The notes under the pieces: model-generated | Databases searched by the model: none | What the model was told of the DNA's origin: nothing | The model's input: only the letters and a program-made list of their open reading frames with translations | Translations under genes and position numbers: made by a program | In this document: positions 21,594 to 29,440 of the stretch, piece by piece | How the letters are laid out: the number at the start of each line of letters is the position of its first letter | Position numbering within the stretch: the stretch's first letter is position 1 | Assembly (NCBI RefSeq): GCF_050920415.1 | Contig: NZ_CP169309.1 | Length of the DNA: 64,000 nucleotides | DNA from: Escherichia coli | GTDB taxonomy: Bacteria > Pseudomonadota > Gammaproteobacteria > Enterobacterales > Enterobacteriaceae | Direction: 5' to 3' (one strand)

Positions 21594-21621
21594 TTTTGTT
21601 GTCGCCGTGGCGGGAGAACGG
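21594..21621 (+). promoter_or_regulatory. candidate late-activator (Ogr-type) site in the D/FI divergent spacer
   Basis: TTTTGTTGT-N12-AGAACGG. The same TTTTGTTGT-N12-AGAACAG occurs at 39318-39345 in the O/P divergent spacer. Confidence 0.5.
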
Positions 21622-21696
21622 CGCAGGGGTGAGATTACGCGCGTGGTGGGTGATGATTGTTGCCGAATCATTTAACGGATACAAGGGGCTGAAGCT

Positions 21697-22881
21697 ATGA
21701 GTGAAACTCGTTTTCATGGTGCCCGTGTTACGGAAAATACCGACCTGGTAACAGCGATTAACGATGTTGATTCCAGCGTTATCGGTATCGTGGCAACGGC
21801 GGATGATGCGGACGCGGAGCTGTTCCCGCTGAACAAGCCCACATTGCTGACCCGCGTCAATGACGTGCTGGGAAAATGCGGAACAACGGGGACGCTTTAT
21901 CGTGCGCTTAAGGCCATCGCAGACCAGGTGAGCACAAAGGTGATCGTCGTTCGCGTGGCTGAACACAAAGAAGAAGACGGAAAAACGCAGGATCAACTGG
22001 TTATCGGTGGTTCTGAATCTGACGGCAGCTATACGGGGATGTATGCGCTGCTTGTTGCAGAGCAGGATGAAAGCATCGGATACCGTCCGCGTATTCTGGC
22101 CGCGCCGGAGCTGGACACGGAGGCGGTGACAAAATCCTTGTGCGTGATTGCGGGTAAACTGCGCGCGTTTGTGTATGCCACATGTCATGGTTGTAACACG
22201 ATGGCTGAGGCGATTACCTACCGCCAGAAATTCAACGAACGTGAGGTGATGCTCTTATGGCCTGACTTCATCGCCTACAACCCGAAAAGTGGCAAAAACG
22301 AAACGTTCCCCGCGCCTGCTTATGCGTGCGGCCTTCGTGCGTACATTGACCATGAGCAGGGCTGGCACAAATCGCTGTCCAACGTTCCGGTTAAAAATGT
22401 GCTGGGAATGTCCAGGCATGTGTTCTGGTCGTTGCAGGCCGAAGACAGTGATGCCAACAGCCTCAACAACAAAGAAATCACGACCATTATTCGTCGCAAC
22501 GGGTTCCGCTTCTGGGGCAACCGCACACCGGAAACGAACGCCTACATCTTTGAGGTGTATACCCGAACCGCACAGGTACTGGCTGATTCAATTGCGGAAG
22601 CGCAGTTTGAAACCATCGACAGTCCACTGACGCCTGCGAACGTGAAGGATGTTATCAGTGCCATCAGGGCAAAACTGGATTCACTGGTTACTGCCGGGAA
22701 ACTGATTGGCGCGTCGTGCTGGTATGACGTGGTGGATAACAGCACCACGGATTTACGTCAGGGGCGTGTGCGTATTCGCTACAAATATACGCCTGTTCCT
22801 CCGCTGGAAGATATGGAGCTTTACCAGACGTTTACTGATGAATACTTTGATCCCGCATTTGCGGTGTTGGGAGGTGTCTGA
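21697..22881 (+). CDS. P2 gpFI-like contractile tail sheath
   Basis: 394 aa with ..GWHKSLSNVPV..RRNGFRFWGNRT..YTRTAQVLADS.., similar to P2 FI. Confidence 0.9.
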   Translation: MSETRFHGARVTENTDLVTAINDVDSSVIGIVATADDADAELFPLNKPTLLTRVNDVLGKCGTTGTLYRALKAIADQVSTKVIVVRVAEHKEEDGKTQDQLVIGGSESDGSYTGMYALLVAEQDESIGYRPRILAAPELDTEAVTKSLCVIAGKLRAFVYATCHGCNTMAEAITYRQKFNEREVMLLWPDFIAYNPKSGKNETFPAPAYACGLRAYIDHEQGWHKSLSNVPVKNVLGMSRHVFWSLQAEDSDANSLNNKEITTIIRRNGFRFWGNRTPETNAYIFEVYTRTAQVLADSIAEAQFETIDSPLTPANVKDVISAIRAKLDSLVTAGKLIGASCWYDVVDNSTTDLRQGRVRIRYKYTPVPPLEDMELYQTFTDEYFDPAFAVLGGV

Positions 22882-23393
22882 TGGCTGTACCAAAACATCT
22901 TCGCTTTTTTACGCTGTTTGTGAATGGTGAAAACGAAGTGGGTAAGGTGACGTCCGTCACTCCACCTAAACTGACGCGCAAAACTGAAAGCTATCGTGGC
23001 GGTGGCATGATGGGGGCGGTGAGTATCGACCTCGGTCTTGATGATTCTGCGCTTGATGCGAGTTTTGTCATGGGGGGCGCAGTTCGTGAGCTGTTCCTTA
23101 AATATGGCGGCACGATTGACAGCACGTTGCTGCGTTTTGCGGGTGAATACTACACCGATGCAGAAAGTGATCTGTATGAAATCGAGATGCGCGGGCGTGT
23201 GACGGAAATTGATATGGGGGAAGCCAAACAGGGCGAAGCCACATCACACACTTACGCTGTCAAAAACACCTACTACAAGCTGAGCGTTAACGATCGTCCG
23301 CTGTGGGAAATCGACCTGCTGAACCACATCTACCGGAAGGACGGCAAGGACATCGTGCCTGATCGCATCCGTTCCGCGCTTGGGCTTGGCTGA
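22881..23393 (+). CDS. P2 gpFII-like tail tube
   Basis: 170 aa, immediately after the sheath gene (ATGA-type overlap). Confidence 0.88.
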   Translation: MAVPKHLRFFTLFVNGENEVGKVTSVTPPKLTRKTESYRGGGMMGAVSIDLGLDDSALDASFVMGGAVRELFLKYGGTIDSTLLRFAGEYYTDAESDLYEIEMRGRVTEIDMGEAKQGEATSHTYAVKNTYYKLSVNDRPLWEIDLLNHIYRKDGKDIVPDRIRSALGLG

Positions 23394-23449
23394 TAAGTAA
23401 TATGCAGGCGGCGCAGTGCGTCGCCTCTGACTGAAAAAGGAGACAACTG

Positions 23450-23824
23450 ATGCAAAACATCAATACTGAAACCCGGAATAACGCCGTGGCGGATGATGTG
23501 ACGGCAGGTGAGGATATGGCTGTCGAACGTGGCGTAAAACTGGCCCGACCAATTGAGCGCGGTGGCGAAAAAATCACGTATGTGGAAATTACCGGGGCTA
23601 TTGAGCAGGCTGGATCTCTGCGTGGTCTGTCGCTGTCTGATGTGCTGAATCTGAAAGCGGATACCATGTTCACGCTGTTGCCTCGCGTGACCTCGCCACG
23701 ACTGGATGAAGTGATGATTAAAAAAATGTCGTCACGCGATTTTATTCAGTTGTGCGCTGTGGCTGTAAATTTTATGAGCGAGCCAGACTCTGGCGCGAAG
23801 AGCGTGCAGGAGACGGCAGCGTAA
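23450..23824 (+). CDS. P2 gpE-like tail assembly chaperone (zero-frame product)
   Basis: 124-aa ORF; the true start may be the internal MAVERGVKL. Sits in the P2 position between the tube and tape-measure genes. Confidence 0.8.
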   Translation: MQNINTETRNNAVADDVTAGEDMAVERGVKLARPIERGGEKITYVEITGAIEQAGSLRGLSLSDVLNLKADTMFTLLPRVTSPRLDEVMIKKMSSRDFIQLCAVAVNFMSEPDSGAKSVQETAA

Positions 23825-23988
23825 TCACCCTGGTGTGCTTTGAGCACATCGAAGATCTGGTGGCGGATATTGCCGCCATTTTTAACTGGTCGCCCGCCGA
23901 AATCTTCATGATGACGCCCGGCGAAGTGGTTAGCTGGCGTGAGCGGGCGGCACTTCGCAGCGGGAATGCAGACAATGAAGACTCTTGA
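23450..23988 (+). CDS. gpE+E' tail chaperone made by a programmed -1 frameshift at A_AAT_TTT (23767-23773)
   Basis: The -1 frame is open from 23722 to the stop at 23986-88. Its tail ..LVADIAAIFNWSPAEIFMMTPGEVVSWRERAALRSGN resembles the P2 E' tail. The heptamer is in X_XXY_YYZ phase in the E frame. Confidence 0.7.
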
Positions 23989-26776
23989 TATCCGGGTCGC
24001 TTTCAGCGCCGTTGACAGACTGACCCGGCCTGCCGAAAACGCCCGCCGCCTGATGGGGCAGTTTGGTGACTCCATCCAGCGAACGCAGGGGGCGATCAAA
24101 AATCTCGAGCGTCAGGCGCGTTCATTTGAGCGCGCCCGTGACGCTGTCAGTAAAGCGGATGCGAGCATCGTGAAAGCACGACGCCAGCTTAACGCCCTTA
24201 ATCAGTTACAACGCACGGGTACAGTGCTCAGCGAAAAACAACAAAAGCTGATGCAGCAGTTAAGCACCCGGCTTGAACGCCTGAATGAATCGCGCACACG
24301 GGAAATTCAGAAAATGCGGGAGCTTGGCGGAGAGCTGAAACGCCACGGCATTTCCCTGACAGGCAGCGATAACACCATCCAGCAGGCCATCAGACGCACC
24401 GAACAGTACAACAACCAGCTTGAACGCGAACGGCAGACGCTTGCGCGTGTAACGCGGGCGCGTGAGCGGTATTCGCGCGCGCAGGAAACTGCTGGAAAAC
24501 TGAAAACAGGTGGTGCGCTGGCAATTGGTGCGGCAGCGGCTGGCGGCTATGCTGCCGGGCGTTTTTTGCAGCCTGCGATCGGGTTCGGGAAAGAGATGTC
24601 CCGCGTTCAGGCACTGACGCGAATCGACCAGAACAGCCCACAGTTTAAGGCGCTGCGTGAGCAGGCGTTAAAACTTGGCTCTGAAACGCAGTTCACCGCA
24701 GGCGATGCCGCCAGTGGACAGGCATTTCTTGCAATGGCTGGCTTCACACCGCAGGCCATTCAGGCTGCGCTTCCGGGCGTGCTGAGCATGGCAACGGCTG
24801 GCGGCATGGATCTCGGCGAGACGGCGGATATTGGCTCAAATATCCTGACGCAGTTCGGCCTTTCTGCTGACCAGATGGACCGGGTTGGTGACACACTCAC
24901 CGCAGCGTTTACCCGTACCAACACTGACCTTCGCGCACTGGGCGAAACCATGAAATATGCAGGTCCGGTGGCGGGTAAGCTGGGAATATCGCTGGAGCAG
25001 GCCGCAGCGATGGCGGGCGTGCTGGCGAATATGGGTATCAGAGGGAGTGATGCCGGGACGGCAATGCGTGCCAGCCTGGCTCGTCTGGCATCACCGCCAA
25101 AGGCAGCAGCAGAGGCGCTGAAAGAGCTTGGTGTGGCAGTTTCTGACGCGAACGGCAAAATGCGCCCGATGGAGGATGTGCTGGCCGACCTTTATAAAGC
25201 CACCCGCAAATACGGGGAAGTTGACCGGGTATCCTTCTTTAAGGACATCGCCGGGGAAGAGGCTTTCACATCATTTATGGCCCTCGTTGATGCAGCGGGT
25301 GACGGGTCCTTACCCAAACTGAGAAAAGAACTTGAAGGCGCGCGCGGTGAGGCTGAACGCACAGCAAAGGTTATGGCCAACAACCTTGACGGCGATCTGA
25401 AATCACTCGGCAGTGCATGGGAAGGGTTGCGCATCCGCATTGCAGATCTGATTGACGGTCCGCTGCGTTCTGTCACGCAGTGGCTCACGCGTGTGGTATC
25501 AAAGGTGACGGCGCTGGCGCAGGCCCATCCCGCACTGACGCGCCAGCTACTGATAGCAGGCGGTGCGTTGCTGGCAATGACTGCAACGGTTGGCTCGTTG
25601 TCGCTGGCTATTGGTGTGCTTGCTGGTCCGCTGGCAAAACTGCGTCTTGGTTTTTCCCTCCTGACCGGATCAATGAATGCTGTCAGGGTCCTGCCAGCAC
25701 TATGGGGAATGGTGACGGGTTCCGTTTCTTTGCTGGGAGGTGCTATCGGGGCGCTGTTCAGTCCGGTTGGTCTTATCGTGGCTGCGCTTGCCGGAGCTGC
25801 CATTCTTATCTGGAAATATTGGGATCCCATCAGGGCATTTTTTGCCGGGGTGTTCGGCGGGATTATGGAAAGGCTGACCCCGTTGCGCGAAACCTTTGAA
25901 CGGTTTGGCCCTGTTTTTGACGTAATCGGAAGCGGGATCAGCCAGGTGTTTAACTGGTTTAAATCGCTGCTGTCACCGATGGAGTCCAGCAAGGAAACGC
26001 TGGATAAATGTACCAGTGCTGGCGAGATATTCGGTAACGTTCTTGGCGGTGCGTTACAACTTGTTCTGACACCTGCAAAAATGTTGCTGGATACGCTGGC
26101 GTGGATACTTGAAAAGCTCGGTGTGCTTCCGGATGAAGCGGAAAGGGCGCGCAAGAAAATCGAAGACGCACAGCGTGCGGCCATTCTTCAGGACAAGGTT
26201 GCCTTGCTTCAGGGGGACCTGGCGAAAATCAATCCGCCGAAGCCTGTGGAAAATGGCACCGGAGGTGATAAACCCAAAGACAACAAACCGCTCACAGACA
26301 GCAATACCGGTACGCTACGCAGACTCAGCAAGATTGCTGATAACACAGGTAAGCTGGTTGATGAGACGAAAAAACGCATTGGCCCTGGCGATATTGTCTT
26401 TAAGAACCTGCCCCGCGCACTTGCTGTTCGTGGGGAGTGGCAGGAGCGGAAGATTGCGCAGGTCAGTAAGCCTGCTTCCGCAATCAACATCACACCTGTG
26501 GTCCCGACTCCTCTGCCTCCGGCGCTGGTCCCTGTTGTTGCGGCCAGCTCCCGCCCGGTGGCGGAGGCCATACGATCGCCAGTGGCATCAGTTCCTGCAA
26601 CTTCCCGTAACCGGGAGCCTGTTGTCTCCGGATTTGGCGGTGAAATTCATGTTCATCTGCATAACGTTGTTACGCAGAATCCCCGCGAACTGGCGAAACT
26701 GGTCGGTGAAATGGTCAGGGCAGAATTGGAACGACGCGACCGTGCCGGACGTGGCAGTTTTTACGATAAAGATTGA
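23975..26776 (+). CDS. tail tape measure protein (gpT-like)
   Basis: About 933 aa from MKTLDIRVAFSAVDRL; coiled-coil N-terminal part and Gly/Ala-rich hydrophobic centre. Confidence 0.88.
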   Translation: MKTLDIRVAFSAVDRLTRPAENARRLMGQFGDSIQRTQGAIKNLERQARSFERARDAVSKADASIVKARRQLNALNQLQRTGTVLSEKQQKLMQQLSTRLERLNESRTREIQKMRELGGELKRHGISLTGSDNTIQQAIRRTEQYNNQLERERQTLARVTRARERYSRAQETAGKLKTGGALAIGAAAAGGYAAGRFLQPAIGFGKEMSRVQALTRIDQNSPQFKALREQALKLGSETQFTAGDAASGQAFLAMAGFTPQAIQAALPGVLSMATAGGMDLGETADIGSNILTQFGLSADQMDRVGDTLTAAFTRTNTDLRALGETMKYAGPVAGKLGISLEQAAAMAGVLANMGIRGSDAGTAMRASLARLASPPKAAAEALKELGVAVSDANGKMRPMEDVLADLYKATRKYGEVDRVSFFKDIAGEEAFTSFMALVDAAGDGSLPKLRKELEGARGEAERTAKVMANNLDGDLKSLGSAWEGLRIRIADLIDGPLRSVTQWLTRVVSKVTALAQAHPALTRQLLIAGGALLAMTATVGSLSLAIGVLAGPLAKLRLGFSLLTGSMNAVRVLPALWGMVTGSVSLLGGAIGALFSPVGLIVAALAGAAILIWKYWDPIRAFFAGVFGGIMERLTPLRETFERFGPVFDVIGSGISQVFNWFKSLLSPMESSKETLDKCTSAGEIFGNVLGGALQLVLTPAKMLLDTLAWILEKLGVLPDEAERARKKIEDAQRAAILQDKVALLQGDLAKINPPKPVENGTGGDKPKDNKPLTDSNTGTLRRLSKIADNTGKLVDETKKRIGPGDIVFKNLPRALAVRGEWQERKIAQVSKPASAINITPVVPTPLPPALVPVVAASSRPVAEAIRSPVASVPATSRNREPVVSGFGGEIHVHLHNVVTQNPRELAKLVGEMVRAELERRDRAGRGSFYDKD

Positions 26777-26782
26777 GGAGTC

Positions 26783-27277
26783 ATGGCCATGATGATGATC
26801 TACGGCATGTTTGTTTTTGAGCTGCGCACATTGCCGCATCAGCAGTTACAGCAAAACAAAAGCTGGCGGCATGTGAAAAATGAACGCGTTAACCGTTCAG
26901 CAAGCTGGCAGTATATCGGGGCAGGCGATGATCGCATCGTTCTTTCTGGTGTGCTTTATCCTGAAATTACAGGTGGCGAAGTATCGCTTTCGTTGCTGAC
27001 CACGCAGGCATATACAGGACGCCCCTGGCCTCTGATTGATGGTGTCGGGCAGATTTACGGCATGTATGTCCTGACCGGAACGAATACGACCCGCTCCGAG
27101 TTTGATCGCTACGGTAAGGCGAAAAAGATAGAATTTTCACTGACCCTTGAACGCTGTGATGAGGATTTGCGGGAGCGCCTGCAATCCTCATCGTTCAGCG
27201 ATATGCTGTCCGGCTTCAAAGATAAGGTCACATCATCCCTTAACAGCGCGGCCAGCTCCGTTAAAGGGCTGTTTTGA
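26783..27277 (+). CDS. P2 gpU-like tail protein
   Basis: 164 aa, (MA)MMMIYGMFVFELRTLPHQQLQQNKSWRH.., resembling the P2 gpU N-terminus. Confidence 0.88.
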   Translation: MAMMMIYGMFVFELRTLPHQQLQQNKSWRHVKNERVNRSASWQYIGAGDDRIVLSGVLYPEITGGEVSLSLLTTQAYTGRPWPLIDGVGQIYGMYVLTGTNTTRSEFDRYGKAKKIEFSLTLERCDEDLRERLQSSSFSDMLSGFKDKVTSSLNSAASSVKGLF

Positions 27278-27284
27278 TTAACGC

Positions 27285-27314
27285 AAAACCGCTAATGGTC
27301 AGATTAGCGGTTTT
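27285..27314. terminator. bidirectional hairpin between convergent gpU and invertase genes
   Basis: Perfect 12-bp stem AAAACCGCTAAT-GGTCAG-ATTAGCGGTTTT. It contains the invertase stop codon. Confidence 0.7.
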
Positions 27315-27903
27315 CATTTTCCTGAGTCTGCCTGGTTGTTTCTTCAGCCTGTATATCGCCTACAGGGTGATAACGATAAATCGTCGATATGCCGATGTCG
27401 TAAATGATCGCCAGTTGTTTCCTGTCATGACCGTTTTTAATCAGCCTCGCTATTTGCTCGTGTTGTTCTTTTGTCAACTTCGGGCGACGTCCGCCAATGC
27501 GCCCCCGTGCGCGCGCTGCCGCCAGCCCGGCCAGTGTACGCTCTACAATTAATTCACGTTCCATTTCGGCTAAAGCCCCCATGACGTGAAAAAAGAAACG
27601 CCCCATGGGTGTTGATGTGTCAATGCTGTCCGTCAGACTACGGAAATTAACACCTTTTTCCCGCAATTCCTCAATAAGCGTGATCAGGTGTTTCATACTT
27701 CTGCCCAGTCTGTCCAGCTTCCAGACAACCAGCGTATCTCCTTCTGATAGCGTTCTGATCAGTTTTTTCAATCCCGGTCTGGCTGATTTCGTTCCGCTGA
27801 TTTTATCTTCAAAAATCAGTTCACATCCTGCGCACTCCAGCGCGTTACGCTGCAATTCTGTATTCTGGTCATTTGTTGATACGCGGACATAGCCAATAAG
27901 CAT
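27304..27903 (-). CDS. Gin/Pin/Cin/Hin-family serine DNA invertase
   Basis: 199 aa, MLIGYVRVSTNDQNTELQRNAL.. (catalytic Ser in the YVRVST motif), with a C-terminal HTH. Confidence 0.93.
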   Translation of the reverse strand: MLIGYVRVSTNDQNTELQRNALECAGCELIFEDKISGTKSARPGLKKLIRTLSEGDTLVVWKLDRLGRSMKHLITLIEELREKGVNFRSLTDSIDTSTPMGRFFFHVMGALAEMERELIVERTLAGLAAARARGRIGGRRPKLTKEQHEQIARLIKNGHDRKQLAIIYDIGISTIYRYHPVGDIQAEETTRQTQENENR

Positions 27904-27958
27904 GATGGATCCCCTGAATAAAAACCGGGGATGATGCCAGTTAGCCGTAATCTCTGCA

Positions 27959-27984
27959 TTTTCTTAAACGTTGGTTTGGGAGAA
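27959..27984 (+). promoter_or_regulatory. gix-like crossover site (invertase-proximal)
   Basis: TTTTCTTAAACG-TT-GGTTTGGGAGAA. Both half-sites fit TTxTCxxAAACC. Confidence 0.8.
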
Positions 27985-28440
27985 GGTGCTCCAGCTATTG
28001 GCGTTCCGTTCTTCTGGCCGTCCGCCGCAATGCCAGATACCGTAATCGAAAGCTGGTCCGGCATGGTGTTTTTGAAGTTCAACGGCGCGAAATTCTCTGC
28101 CACTGATTACCCTGTGCTGGCGAAAGTGTTTCCTTCGCTGGTATTACCTGAAGCCCGCGGTGATTTCATTCGTATCTGGGATGATGGCCGTGGTGTTGAT
28201 AGTGGCCGTGCGTTACTTTCCGCGCAATCAGACGATTTCAAAACGCACGAGCATAAAATTTTAGGGCTAAATGGAAGTGGCAGTAATGTAGTGTTTGGCA
28301 CCGTTTCGAATGCTTCTCCATTATATACCAGCGGCGTTAGTCAGCCGGGTGGAAGTGCTTTGCCCGCTTTTCAAAACCCAGGCGGTACTGAAACGCGTCC
28401 CCGTAACATCGCATTCAACTTTTTAGTAAGGGCTAAATAA
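27959..28440 (+). other. silent alternative tail-fibre C-terminal cassette (Sv'-like; no start of its own in this orientation)
   Basis: The frame reads ..FLNVGLGEGAPAIGVPFFWPS.. to a stop at 28440, with a tail-collar-like sequence. It would fuse to the constant part of H at GLGE after inversion. Confidence 0.75.
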
Positions 28441-29033
28441 TGAAACCTGTTTTTGATGAAAATGGACTGGCTACAGTGCCGGGTGATATGCGTTGTTTTT
28501 ATTATGATGCAGTAACGTATGAATATACGGGCTGGTCTGATGAATATATTAATACTGGTATAAGTATGCCCGCCTGTTCCACTGGTATTGACCCTGGCGA
28601 AAACATTCCGGGAAAAGTGGCTGTATTTACAGGTAAGGGATGGAGCCATGAAGAGGACCATCGCAATGAGACTGTTTACTCAATCGAAAATGGCGCAGCT
28701 GTTACAGTGGATTATATCGGTGCCATCAAAAACGGTTATGTCACGCTTTCACCGTTAACGCCATATGATAAATGGGATGGTGAGAAATGGGTGACAGATA
28801 CTGAGGCACAACACGGTGCCGCAGTAGAAGCGGCAGAAGCACAGCGTCAGCCACTGATTGATGCTGCAATGGCTTCCATCAGTCTGATTCAGCTGAAATT
28901 ACAGGCCGGGCGGAAGCTGACGCAGGCAGAAACCACCCGGCTTAACGCCGTGCTTGATTACATTGACGCGGTGACGGCAACAGATACGAGCACCGCTCCG
29001 GATGTCATCTGGCCTGAACTGCCGGAGGCGTAG
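28440..29033 (+). CDS. tail fibre assembly protein (alternative cassette, Tfa/U'-like)
   Basis: 197 aa with the conserved Tfa C-terminus ..RLNAVLDYIDAVTATDTSTAPDVIWPELP. Confidence 0.8.
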   Translation: MKPVFDENGLATVPGDMRCFYYDAVTYEYTGWSDEYINTGISMPACSTGIDPGENIPGKVAVFTGKGWSHEEDHRNETVYSIENGAAVTVDYIGAIKNGYVTLSPLTPYDKWDGEKWVTDTEAQHGAAVEAAEAQRQPLIDAAMASISLIQLKLQAGRKLTQAETTRLNAVLDYIDAVTATDTSTAPDVIWPELPEA

Positions 29034-29439
29034 GCCATTCAATATCTGGAGCACTGGAGGTATCAACCAGTTCCAGTGCGTCCAGATAATCCAGCCACAA
29101 ATTATATTGCGCCAGTTCCTCACCTTTCAGACGACCAATAGCCGCTTTACCAGGCCATTGCTTGGTATTCATATATTCGTTGGACTGATTAATCAATTGC
29201 TGTTTTTTCAATTCGGCTGCGGCAATCTGTTCCTCATGTGTTGGTGGTGGAATTTCAGACCATGCAGGAAAACCATTTTCCTCAGCGATACGGATTTTTC
29301 CTTTCGGCGGTAATCCGGAAAACTCAATATACACCTGCTCATCAACTTCAACAGCATCATCTGGCCATGAATTTACATTGATGTAGTCATCCTTAAGCGC
29401 AGGATTCACAAAAATATTTAAAGATGGACTAAAAAACAC
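29005..29439 (-). CDS. tail fibre assembly protein (currently expressed cassette; P2 gpG analog)
   Basis: 144 aa with ..NLWLDYLDALELVDTSSAPDIEWPTPP. Its 3' end overlaps the opposing tfa gene by 29 bp. Confidence 0.82.
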   Translation of the reverse strand: MFFSPSLNIFVNPALKDDYINVNSWPDDAVEVDEQVYIEFSGLPPKGKIRIAEENGFPAWSEIPPPTHEEQIAAAELKKQQLINQSNEYMNTKQWPGKAAIGRLKGEELAQYNLWLDYLDALELVDTSSAPDIEWPTPPAVQAR

Positions 29440-29440
29440 A

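Noticed and set aside
20430-21671. N-terminal extensions in the ORF track (gpD 413 aa, holin 180 aa, i-spanin 183 aa, gpI 213 aa, dcyD 360 aa, araG 519 aa, otsB 285 aa and others)
   Set aside because: The longest-ORF starts lack an RBS and overlap upstream genes. Internal starts with an SD sequence match the known K-12 or P2 protein N-termini.
21671-21679. 9-bp inverted repeat TTTAACGGA / TCCGTTAAA (27257-27265) at the two ends of the flipped FI-U block, considered as inversion breakpoints
   Set aside because: It is only 9 bp, and a chance match in windows of this size is plausible. Reversing an inversion at these points would leave FI without the late-promoter motif and would place that motif between U and D, which makes little functional sense.
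27285-27314. The hairpin AAAACC..GGTTTT looks like two gix half-sites and sits next to the invertase gene
   Set aside because: The half-site-like ends are separated by 18 nt instead of the 2-nt core. The structure is a perfect stem-loop between two convergent genes and contains the invertase stop codon. A bidirectional terminator is the simpler reading.
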